This document shows positions 9,494 through 17,317 of a stretch of DNA of 53,852 nucleotides, piece after piece. Source of the stretch: an uncultured Bacilli bacterium (lineage in GTDB: Bacteria; Bacillota_I; Bacilli_A; RF39; UBA660); the NCBI GenBank assembly GCA_944368805.1, contig CALVXC010000003.1:1-53852 (forward strand), read 5' to 3'. The position numbers were made by a program, and so were the translations under genes. The notes below the pieces were generated by a model. That model searched no databases, was not told the origin of the DNA, and saw nothing but the letters and a program-made list of their open reading frames with translations. Within the stretch, counting starts at the first letter, position 1. Each line of letters opens with the position of its first letter.

Positions 9494-10837
9494 ATGAAAA
9501 ATTTATTAAAAACTTTATTTGTCTTTTTAACAATTACGGTAACATTTTTGAGTTTAAGTAATGTTAAAGCACTTTCACAAGGTGATACTTATTTTATTTG
9601 GAAACGTAGTGATATTGATCAAACTTCTAGATTGAAAAAAACAAGTACAGGAGGAACGATTGAAACTTCATATGTTGGTTATACAGAGAATAATTCTTTC
9701 TTTCCAGCGTACTGTAATAATGCTTATAAAGACGGTGTAGGTGGACTTAATAATCATCCAGGTTACAACGTAACAGTGACGGGGATGGCCGAAGATGCTG
9801 TTTGGCGTGTAATTTCTAATGGATATCCATATCGTACACCAGCAGAGTTAGGTGTGGCTAATGAATATGATGCATTTACAGCAACTAAACATGCAACTTA
9901 TGTAGTTATTGGGCAATCACCACTTAGTGTATATGCTGGTAAAGATGCTAGAGGAGTTAAAATAGTTGCCGCTATTAAAAATTTAGTTAATAAATCAACG
10001 GGTATTACTGGTTTAACACAATATCAAGCACCAAACTTTAATGTAACTACTAGTCCAGTTACGGAACAAGGTGATTATATTGTTATGAGTTTAGTAGGTA
10101 GTTCTAGTCCAATTGTTGTTGATAAACTTGATGTAACATTATCAGGAAATGTACCAGCAGGAACTAAAATAACAGATGCGAGTGGTAATGAAAAATCTTC
10201 TTTTATTGATCAAGAAGAAATCAAGATAATGGTACCTAAAGATAGTTTTGAAAAAAGTGTTTCTTTTAATATTAATTTAAACGCTAGATTTGCAACTTAT
10301 CGTGTATATTTTGCAAAAGCACCATCAGATGATTTGCAAGATTACTATATGACAACTGATAAATATGAATACGATTCTTTAGTAAAACAATTTAATTATA
10401 CTAAAGAAGAACCTGAAAGAACTTGTGATGACGTAATTAAAGAATATGAAGAATGTGAAAAAGATGGTACTTGTAGTGAAGAATTAACTAAAGAATATGA
10501 AGCTTGTGTTCCAGATAGAACTTGTGACGATATTATCAAAGAATATGAAGAATGTGAAAAAGACGATTCTTGTAGTGAAGAAATAACTAAAGAATATGAA
10601 GCATGTATCCCTGATAGAACCTGTGACGATATCATCAAAGAATATGAAGAATGTGAAAAAGATGGTACTTGTAGTGAAGAGTTAGAAAATGAGTATGCTG
10701 CATGTGTTCCAATTTCTGAAGAACCTAACCCTAATACTAGTGGTATGAATGTATTATTGACTAGTTTAATGGTATTAGGTGCTGGTGGAACTGGTGCTTA
10801 TGCTTATCGTAAAAGAAAACTTTTCGAAGTAAAATAA
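9494..10837 (+). CDS. cell-wall-anchored surface protein: signal peptide, thioester-domain-like N-domain, Cys-rich repeat stalk, NPNTS sorting signal
   Basis: Signal peptide ending SNVKA/LS. TQXA-domain-like YCNNAYKDG ... WRVISNGYPY ... TATKHATY. Three 33-aa repeats. C-terminal NPNTSG plus hydrophobic helix plus RKRK tail. Confidence 0.85.
   Translation: MKNLLKTLFVFLTITVTFLSLSNVKALSQGDTYFIWKRSDIDQTSRLKKTSTGGTIETSYVGYTENNSFFPAYCNNAYKDGVGGLNNHPGYNVTVTGMAEDAVWRVISNGYPYRTPAELGVANEYDAFTATKHATYVVIGQSPLSVYAGKDARGVKIVAAIKNLVNKSTGITGLTQYQAPNFNVTTSPVTEQGDYIVMSLVGSSSPIVVDKLDVTLSGNVPAGTKITDASGNEKSSFIDQEEIKIMVPKDSFEKSVSFNINLNARFATYRVYFAKAPSDDLQDYYMTTDKYEYDSLVKQFNYTKEEPERTCDDVIKEYEECEKDGTCSEELTKEYEACVPDRTCDDIIKEYEECEKDDSCSEEITKEYEACIPDRTCDDIIKEYEECEKDGTCSEELENEYAACVPISEEPNPNTSGMNVLLTSLMVLGAGGTGAYAYRKRKLFEVK
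10418..10714 (+). repeat. three tandem 99-bp in-frame coding repeats
   Basis: Units at 10418-10516, 10517-10615 and 10616-10714 encode RTCDD(V/I)IKEYEECEKD(G/D)(T/S)CSEE(L/I)TKEYEAC(V/I)PD. The third unit diverges at its end. Confidence 0.95.
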
Positions 10838-10862
10838 AAGGTATAGTGTGGTATATCTTTAG

Positions 10863-10901
10863 AAACTGTTATGAAATTAATTATTTCTAACAGTTTTTTT
10901 T
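10863..10901 (+). terminator. intrinsic terminator after the surface-protein gene
   Basis: Stem AAACTGTTA / TAACAGTTT (9 bp, 16-nt loop) followed by a T run. Confidence 0.55.
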
Positions 10902-10902
10902 A

Positions 10903-10929
10903 AAATAAAAAACGTTGAAAAATCAACGT
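10903..10929 (-). terminator. intrinsic terminator for the metallophosphoesterase gene
   Basis: On the minus strand, ACGTTGA-TTTT-TCAACGT followed by TTTTTTATTTT. Confidence 0.6.
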
Positions 10930-10966
10930 AATTAATGATAAATAATTAAATAGTATAAAAATTATT

Positions 10967-11830
10967 TTATTTATTTGTTAAGCGATAGAAGTTAAATGAC
11001 GGTTTATTTAAAAAGCGAAAATCAATATTCGAAGTTCCTAAACCACTAGAAATATATAAATCAGTATTTCCTAATTTATAATATTCATCGTGATATTTTT
11101 TAGCTCCTTCTTCTAAAAAAATCGCTCCGATAAATGGAAGCCTTATTCCGCCACCATGGGAATGACCAGCTAAAACTAAATCATATTTAGTATAATCAAT
11201 TTCTGTGATATAGTCTGGTTCGTGAAGTAGCAAAATATTATAAATAGGTTTATTATTATCAGTTAAAGTATTTAAATAATTATCGATTTTAGTTATTTTT
11301 TCATCATCATTTAAATTAGAACTAATGCCAGCCATAAAAATATAATTAGATCCACTATTATATATTGAAGTATAATCATTATTTAAATTAATAAAACCAC
11401 TTTCTTTAATAATTTTTTCCCAATCTTCATCAGTATCTTGTTCACCTGCAATAGCGTATTTACCAATAGTAACATCAATTTTACTTAGATTTTTTATTAT
11501 TGTTTGTTTTTGATCATCATTTAATTTAAATCTAGTATCAAATAAATCACCGGTTAAAACAACAATATCAGGTTTTATTATTTTAATTTTTTCAACAACT
11601 TTTTCTAAATCTTTTTCATCAAAAGTAGAACCATAATGTAGATCACTTAAATGAACAATCTTTAAGCCATGAAAATTATCGGTTAACTTTTCACTTGTTA
11701 TTTTATATTCTTTAACAATCAGTCCTGTTGTAGCTATATAACGGCTATATAAAACAAGACCAGTGATAATTATAATTATAATAAAAGTAATAATAATAAT
11801 TTTTTTAAATAATGATTTTTTATCGTCCAT
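10967..11830 (-). CDS. membrane-anchored metallophosphoesterase (YkuE-like)
   Basis: Motifs HLSDLHYG, LTGDLFD, LLHEPD, GHSHGG. N-terminal TM. Start placed at MDDKKS (ATG 11830); the ORF track starts at 11848. Confidence 0.85.
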   Translation of the reverse strand: MDDKKSLFKKIIIITFIIIIIITGLVLYSRYIATTGLIVKEYKITSEKLTDNFHGLKIVHLSDLHYGSTFDEKDLEKVVEKIKIIKPDIVVLTGDLFDTRFKLNDDQKQTIIKNLSKIDVTIGKYAIAGEQDTDEDWEKIIKESGFINLNNDYTSIYNSGSNYIFMAGISSNLNDDEKITKIDNYLNTLTDNNKPIYNILLLHEPDYITEIDYTKYDLVLAGHSHGGGIRLPFIGAIFLEEGAKKYHDEYYKLGNTDLYISSGLGTSNIDFRFLNKPSFNFYRLTNK

Positions 11831-11897
11831 ATTTTTCACCATTATCATTTTATCATGAAAATAAATAGAAGTAAATTAAAAAGATCTTGAAGATCTT

Positions 11898-12608
11898 TTA
11901 ACCAAAAATTAAAACGACAAATTGTAAAGAAAGTAATATACCATTGTGAATAAAATGTAATCCCATAGGTACAAAAATATTTTTTGATTTTACTAATGTG
12001 TAAGCAAAAATCGCACCAGGTGTACAGTAAGGAATTAAATATAATAAATCAGTTGGTGTTTGGTAGCTAGTAAAAACATGAAGAGATCCAAAAACAAAGC
12101 CAGAAAGAATAATAAATAACCAATTGTTGGTAAAAATATTTCTAAATGCTTGTCTAAAAACTAACTCTTCAATAATAGGCGCTAATAAAACAGCTGCAAT
12201 AAAAATATAAAGAGGGTTTTCATTAAAATTTTGACGAATAATCTCTTCGTTATTAGCTATATCACCACTAGTAATTAATAAGATAATTAAATTACTAAAC
12301 ATCATAATAGCTAGTGCTAAAAACCAATATTTAATATAAGTTTTAAAATAAGTTAAATGGTTCTTTTTTAGATCTTTAAAATTATTAATCAAAGTATTTT
12401 TGAAAATCAAAACTAATATGATAGCAATTAAAAAGTCACTAGCTAAAGAATAGATAACTTTAATATATAATGGTAAAGTATCAATATCAACGTTTAATAA
12501 AACTAAAGGTAGACTAGCGTATCTAGATATAACAAAATAAACTATGATAGCTAAAGCACCCAATAGAGCTTGTTTTAAATAATTATTTTTAGTATTTTTT
12601 TCTTCCAT
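11898..12608 (-). CDS. CPBP family intramembrane glutamic endopeptidase (CAAX protease-like)
   Basis: Polytopic membrane protein with EELVFRQAF, FGSLHV and HFIHNG motifs. Confidence 0.85.
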   Translation of the reverse strand: MEEKNTKNNYLKQALLGALAIIVYFVISRYASLPLVLLNVDIDTLPLYIKVIYSLASDFLIAIILVLIFKNTLINNFKDLKKNHLTYFKTYIKYWFLALAIMMFSNLIILLITSGDIANNEEIIRQNFNENPLYIFIAAVLLAPIIEELVFRQAFRNIFTNNWLFIILSGFVFGSLHVFTSYQTPTDLLYLIPYCTPGAIFAYTLVKSKNIFVPMGLHFIHNGILLSLQFVVLIFG

Positions 12609-12661
12609 AATATCATCTCCATTATTAATTATATCAGAAATTAATAAAAAATATAAAAAAA

Positions 12662-12692
12662 TTGATAAAAATATGAGAAATTATGATATAAT
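12662..12692 (+). promoter_or_regulatory. promoter of the rimP-nusA-infB operon
   Basis: TTGATA (12662-12667) and extended -10 TGaTATAAT (12684-12692). The spacer is 19 nt, which is longer than ideal. Confidence 0.5.
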
Positions 12693-12711
12693 ATAGTAGA
12701 CATGCAGAAAG

Positions 12712-12735
12712 AAAAGTGGGATATCCCACTTTTTA
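12712..12735 (+). terminator. leader hairpin plus T tract upstream of rimP (candidate attenuator)
   Basis: AAAAGTGGG-ATAT-CCCACTTTT followed by T. Lies between the promoter and the rimP SD (AGGAGG at about 12746). Confidence 0.55.
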
Positions 12736-12756
12736 ATATAATTTTAGGAGGAAATT

Positions 12757-13020
12757 ATGGATAAATTATCAGAAATAAAAAAAGCGATTGAACCTATTAT
12801 TAATGATAATGGTTATCTTTTAGATAACATTAGTTATGAAAAAGAAGGAACAGTTAATTCATTAGTTGTAGTAATCAATAAAGAAGGAATAATTGATGTT
12901 GAAGATTGTGTAACTGTTAGCAATTTAATTAATCCTATTTTAGATGAAATTGATTTAATTGATGAAAGTTATGTTTTAGATGTTTGTTCTAAAGAGAAAG
13001 GAGAAAATCATGGATACTAA
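12757..13020 (+). CDS. rimP: ribosome maturation factor RimP, N-terminal domain only (87 aa)
   Basis: Aligns by eye to the RimP N-domain up to the SSPG-equivalent region (YVLDVCSKEKG). The operon position before nusA fits. It ends 11 nt inside nusA. Confidence 0.7.
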   Translation: MDKLSEIKKAIEPIINDNGYLLDNISYEKEGTVNSLVVVINKEGIIDVEDCVTVSNLINPILDEIDLIDESYVLDVCSKEKGENHGY

Positions 13021-14077
13021 AGAATTTAAAGCTGCTGTTGATTTATTAGTAAAAGAACGTGGAATCGATAAACAAATTATTTATGATGCTTTAGAATTAG
13101 CGCTTACTTCAGCTTACAAAAAAAATTATCAATCATTACCTAACGTTAGAGTTAGTATAGATGATGAAAAAGGTCAAGTAAAAGTTTATTCATTTATGAC
13201 AGTTGTTGATGAAGTAACTGATGAGCGTACAGAACTTACATTAGAAGAAGCTCAAAAGTTAGTTCCTGACATTAAAGTAGGCGAAACAATCGAAGAAGAA
13301 GTTACACCTAAAGATTTTGGACGAGTAGCAGCTGCTACAGCTAAACAAGTAGTAATACAAAAAATAAGAGAAGCTGAACGTAATAATATTATTGAAGAAT
13401 ATGGTGATAAACAAGATGAAATGGTTTCTGGTTTAGTTGCGATGGAAGATGTTCGTAATTATTATATTGATTTAGGCAAAACACAAGGGATTTTACCTAA
13501 AAGTGAAACTATTCCAGGAGAGACTATTAAAATGGGTTCAAATATCAAAGTTTATATTACTAAAGTAGAAAATAATTCAAAAGGTCCAATTATTTTATTA
13601 TCACGAAATCATTACGGATTTGTTAAACGTTTATTTGAACTAGAAATACCAGAAATTAACGAAGGAATTATTTTAATATACAGTGTAGCTCGTGATGCTG
13701 GTAATAGAACTAAAATAGCTGTTTATTCAGAAATGAGTAATGTTGATCCAATTGGTTCTTGTATTGGTGAACGTGGTAGTCGTATTAACAATATTATTAA
13801 AGAATTAAATGGTGAGAAAATCGATATTATTGCTTATGATAATGATCCAGCTAAATTTATTGAAAATGCTTTAAGTCCAGCTAAAAATTTAAGTGTTTTT
13901 ATAACTGATGAAAAGAAAAAAGAAGCTTTAGTTATTGTCGATAATGAAAATTTATCATTGGCTATTGGTAAAAAAGGTTCTAATGTTCGTTTGGCTGCTC
14001 GTTTAACCCATTATAAGATAGATGTTAAAACCGTTGAACAAGCTAAAGAAGACGGTATTAATATTGTTTTGGAGTAA
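13010..14077 (+). CDS. nusA: transcription termination/antitermination factor NusA
   Basis: N-terminal domain, S1 and two KH domains (IGERGSRI, IGKKGSNV). ATG 13010 behind AAAGGAGAA; the ORF track starts at 12980. Confidence 0.95.
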   Translation: MDTKEFKAAVDLLVKERGIDKQIIYDALELALTSAYKKNYQSLPNVRVSIDDEKGQVKVYSFMTVVDEVTDERTELTLEEAQKLVPDIKVGETIEEEVTPKDFGRVAAATAKQVVIQKIREAERNNIIEEYGDKQDEMVSGLVAMEDVRNYYIDLGKTQGILPKSETIPGETIKMGSNIKVYITKVENNSKGPIILLSRNHYGFVKRLFELEIPEINEGIILIYSVARDAGNRTKIAVYSEMSNVDPIGSCIGERGSRINNIIKELNGEKIDIIAYDNDPAKFIENALSPAKNLSVFITDEKKKEALVIVDNENLSLAIGKKGSNVRLAARLTHYKIDVKTVEQAKEDGINIVLE

Positions 14078-14080
14078 TTT

Positions 14081-14338
14081 ATGAAAGTTAAAAAAATACC
14101 TATGCGAACTTGTGTAGTAACCAAAGAAAAATTACCTAAAAAAGAACTAATTAGAATTGTTAAAACCAAAGATGGTAAAGTTATTATTGATTCTTCTGGT
14201 AAAGTTAATGGTAGAGGCGTTTATTTAAAGAAAGAAATAGAAGTATTTAACAAAGCTTGTAAGAATAAAATATTAAATAAATATTTAGAAATAGATGTTC
14301 CTGAAGAAATTTATGATGAATTAAAAACAATGATATAA
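14081..14338 (+). CDS. rnpM: YlxR/RnpM family RNA-binding protein (DUF448)
   Basis: PMRTCVVTKEKLPKKELIRIV ... GRGVYL motif. Conserved position between nusA and infB. Confidence 0.9.
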   Translation: MKVKKIPMRTCVVTKEKLPKKELIRIVKTKDGKVIIDSSGKVNGRGVYLKKEIEVFNKACKNKILNKYLEIDVPEEIYDELKTMI

Positions 14339-14369
14339 CAAAAATTTATAAAAAGAGAGGTGAATATAT

Positions 14370-16427
14370 ATGATGAGTGTCAAAGAATATGCTTTAGATG
14401 TAAATAAAACCGTCGAAGAAATATTAAATAAGTGTCAAGAGTTAGGGTTAGATGTTAGAATGCCTGATGATATGCTTGATGAAGAAATGATTATCGAATT
14501 AGATAATGCAACTTTTGATATTGAAGAAGAAAATTTTGAAGAAATAGATACAGAACCAATAAAAAAAGTTGAACCAATTAAATCTAAGAAAAAAATTGAT
14601 ACTTCCAAAAAAGATTTAGCGCGCCGTAAAAAACAAATGTATAAAAATAAAGAAAAACTAATTTCAAACACACCAATCAATGATGATAAAATTGTATTGT
14701 ATAAAGAAAACATGACAGTAGCGCAGTTAGCTAAAGCTTTAAATGTTAATGGTTCAGAATTAGTAAAAAAATTATTTTCTCTAGGAATAATGGCAACTTT
14801 AAATAATACGATTGATTTTGAAAACGCTGAAATATTAGTCCTAGATTATAATAAAACTTTAAAACGTGAAGAAACAGCTGATGTAACTAATTTTGAAGCT
14901 TTTGAAGTTGTTGATAATCCCGAAGATTTAACTTCAAGGCCACCAGTAGTGACGATTATGGGACATGTTGATCATGGTAAAACAACATTATTAGATACGA
15001 TTAGAAAAGCTAATGTTGTAGAAACAGAAGCTGGTGGTATTACCCAAGCTATCAGTGCTTATCAAGTTAAACATAATGATAAATTAATTACTTTCATTGA
15101 TACACCAGGTCATGCAGCTTTTACAGAAATGCGTTCACGTGGTGCCAAAATAACGGATATAATAATTATTATTGTAGCTGCTGACGATGGGGTTATGCCA
15201 CAAACCAAAGAAGCAATTGATCATGCTTTAGCGGCTAAAGTTCCGATTATTGTTGCTATTAACAAAATGGATAAACCTGGCGCTAATCCTGAACGTGTTA
15301 TGACCGAATTAAGTGAATGTGGTCTAATGCCTGAAGAATGGGGAGGAGATGTTTTATATAATAAAATATCTGCTTTAAATGGTGATGGAATTGATGAATT
15401 ATTAGAAAATATTTTATTGGTAGCTGAAATGAATGAATATAAAGCCAATCCAAACCGTTATGCAATGGGATCGGTTATCGAATCAAGATTAGATAAACAT
15501 GTCGGACCTATTGTAACTTTACTTGTACAAAATGGTACTTTAAGATTAGGTGACCCAATTGTCGTAGGTGATACTTTTGGTAAAATTAGAACTTTAAAAA
15601 ATGATAAAAATGAAGAAATTACTAAAGCCTTACCATCACAACCAGTTGAAGTTACTGGTTTAAATGATACACCAATTGCTGGTGATAAGTTTATGTCTTT
15701 TGCAACAGAAAAAGAGGCTCGTAGTATTAGTGAACAACGTAAAAAAGCTAAAGCTTTAAATAAAACGTCTAAAACACCAGTTACTTTAGATGAGTTGTTT
15801 TCTAAAATTGGAGATGGTTTTAAAGAAATAAATGTTTTAATTAAAGCTGATGTTCATGGTTCTAGTGAAGCTGTTAAAAATTCTTTAGAAAAAATTGAAG
15901 TAGAAGGTGTTAGAGTTAATGTTATTCGCAGTAGTGTTGGTGCTATTACGGAAAGTGATATTGTTTTAGCTAAAGCTTCTAATGCTATTATTATTGGCTT
16001 TAATGTTAGACCTAACAATATGATTAAAGATTCAGCTAAAGAAGCTGGTGTTGAAATAAGATTTTATAATATCATTTATAAAGCAGTTGAAGATATACAA
16101 GCAGCTATGAAAGGACTTTTAGATCCAGTTTATGAAGAAAAAGTAATTGGGAATGCTACGGTAAAACAATTGTTTAAATTTTCTAAAGTAGGAACAATTG
16201 CTGGTTCAATGGTTAACGAAGGAGTAATTAAAAGAGGTGCTCAAGCTAGAATTATACGTGATGATGTTGTTATTTATGACGGAATAATAGGATCAGTTCA
16301 ACGTGAAAAAGATGCTGTAAAAGAAGTTAAAAAAGGTTTAGAATGTGGCATTACGATTGAAGGGTATAATGATATTAAAGTAGATGATGTTATTGAGACT
16401 TATGAAATGGTTGAAATAAATGAGTAA
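14370..16427 (+). CDS. infB: translation initiation factor IF-2
   Basis: G-domain motifs GHVDHGKTT, DTPGH and NKMD. 685 aa. Confidence 0.97.
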   Translation: MMSVKEYALDVNKTVEEILNKCQELGLDVRMPDDMLDEEMIIELDNATFDIEEENFEEIDTEPIKKVEPIKSKKKIDTSKKDLARRKKQMYKNKEKLISNTPINDDKIVLYKENMTVAQLAKALNVNGSELVKKLFSLGIMATLNNTIDFENAEILVLDYNKTLKREETADVTNFEAFEVVDNPEDLTSRPPVVTIMGHVDHGKTTLLDTIRKANVVETEAGGITQAISAYQVKHNDKLITFIDTPGHAAFTEMRSRGAKITDIIIIIVAADDGVMPQTKEAIDHALAAKVPIIVAINKMDKPGANPERVMTELSECGLMPEEWGGDVLYNKISALNGDGIDELLENILLVAEMNEYKANPNRYAMGSVIESRLDKHVGPIVTLLVQNGTLRLGDPIVVGDTFGKIRTLKNDKNEEITKALPSQPVEVTGLNDTPIAGDKFMSFATEKEARSISEQRKKAKALNKTSKTPVTLDELFSKIGDGFKEINVLIKADVHGSSEAVKNSLEKIEVEGVRVNVIRSSVGAITESDIVLAKASNAIIIGFNVRPNNMIKDSAKEAGVEIRFYNIIYKAVEDIQAAMKGLLDPVYEEKVIGNATVKQLFKFSKVGTIAGSMVNEGVIKRGAQARIIRDDVVIYDGIIGSVQREKDAVKEVKKGLECGITIEGYNDIKVDDVIETYEMVEINE

Positions 16428-17244
16428 TAAAAACGATGATTATTGTTCACAAATATTTCAATTAGCTACAGATATGTATAATGATTATATAAAATTAGCA
16501 TCATTAGATAAAAACTCTTTACCTTATCAAGAAATTTTAAACGATATTTATTATTGTCGATTTATTTTGAAAGATTTATATAAAAAAATTTTTGGTGAAG
16601 AACTTTATAATTTTATAAAGATAAATTGTTTCTTTTCACCATCAGGTGATGGAATAAGAATTTCAAAACGCATAATCACCGATTATAAAAGATATAACTA
16701 TTCGGAAATGAAAGCATATTTTTCTATTTTTAAAGGTCAAAAAAATGGATCTGTAAACGATTTAATGTTTGGTAGTAGTTATTCTTTATTAACGATTAGA
16801 TTTTTACAAAAATATTTAACTGATAAAAATTATATTAGTATTAAAGATGATTTGAAAAAGGAAATTTACTTAAGTATTTTTGATTATGGTAATTTAGAAA
16901 AACAATTTCTAGAAGATAGTTTCGATTATGATAAATTATCTTTAATGTATAATTTTGGCCATATGGTTGATTACGATGTTTATAGTGAATGTATGAATAA
17001 TTATTTCTTTAATAAAGCTAGAAGAAGTTTGAAATGTTTGTCACAAATGAATATTCAAGATAGTTTTAGTGAAATAACCATTATTATGGCTAAATTAAAA
17101 GCATCTTTATCAAATCTTAATTATAATCAAGTTCAAGAATTAATTTTTGATTTTAAAAATTCTGATAAAGTAATTACTTGGCTAGTCGAAGATAATTTAA
17201 GAACTTATCAAAAAGATAGGCAATATTGTTTATTAAAAAATTGA
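16420..17244 (+). CDS. hypothetical protein translationally coupled to infB
   Basis: 274-aa ORF whose ATG overlaps the infB stop (ATGAGTAA). No recognised domain and no TM. Confidence 0.6.
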   Translation: MSNKNDDYCSQIFQLATDMYNDYIKLASLDKNSLPYQEILNDIYYCRFILKDLYKKIFGEELYNFIKINCFFSPSGDGIRISKRIITDYKRYNYSEMKAYFSIFKGQKNGSVNDLMFGSSYSLLTIRFLQKYLTDKNYISIKDDLKKEIYLSIFDYGNLEKQFLEDSFDYDKLSLMYNFGHMVDYDVYSECMNNYFFNKARRSLKCLSQMNIQDSFSEITIIMAKLKASLSNLNYNQVQELIFDFKNSDKVITWLVEDNLRTYQKDRQYCLLKN

Positions 17245-17249
17245 AATAT

Positions 17250-17271
17250 GGGAGTTTTACTCTCTTTTTTT
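17250..17271 (+). terminator. intrinsic terminator ending the infB operon
   Basis: GGGAGT-TTT-ACTCTC (one G-U pair) followed by seven T. Confidence 0.6.
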
Positions 17272-17317
17272 GTTATGTTATTTAAATTTTAAGCATATAA
17301 TTAGTTGGGTGAAAAAT

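Noticed and set aside
10396-10638. 80-aa ORF antisense to the Cys-rich repeat region
   Set aside because: The tandem repeats on the opposite strand keep this frame open as an artefact. The sense frame has a signal peptide, domains and a sorting signal.
10418-10714. Regular 99-bp tandem repeats considered as a possible CRISPR-like or minisatellite array
   Set aside because: The units are contiguous with no spacers, in frame, and encode a conserved peptide motif inside a long ORF. No cas genes are present.
12980-13009. Upstream extension of nusA (ORF-track start at 12980), with similar extensions for yabG (17270), rpoE (27033), prfA (27527), the pilin (52048) and the first ABC ATPase (35606)
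   Set aside because: In each case an internal ATG sits at proper distance from a clear SD. It also restores the N-terminus typical of the family. The extensions overlap upstream genes or promoters.
14435-15448. Two antisense ORFs (14435-14713 and 15221-15448) inside infB
   Set aside because: They are embedded in a highly conserved gene on the other strand and have no independent signals.
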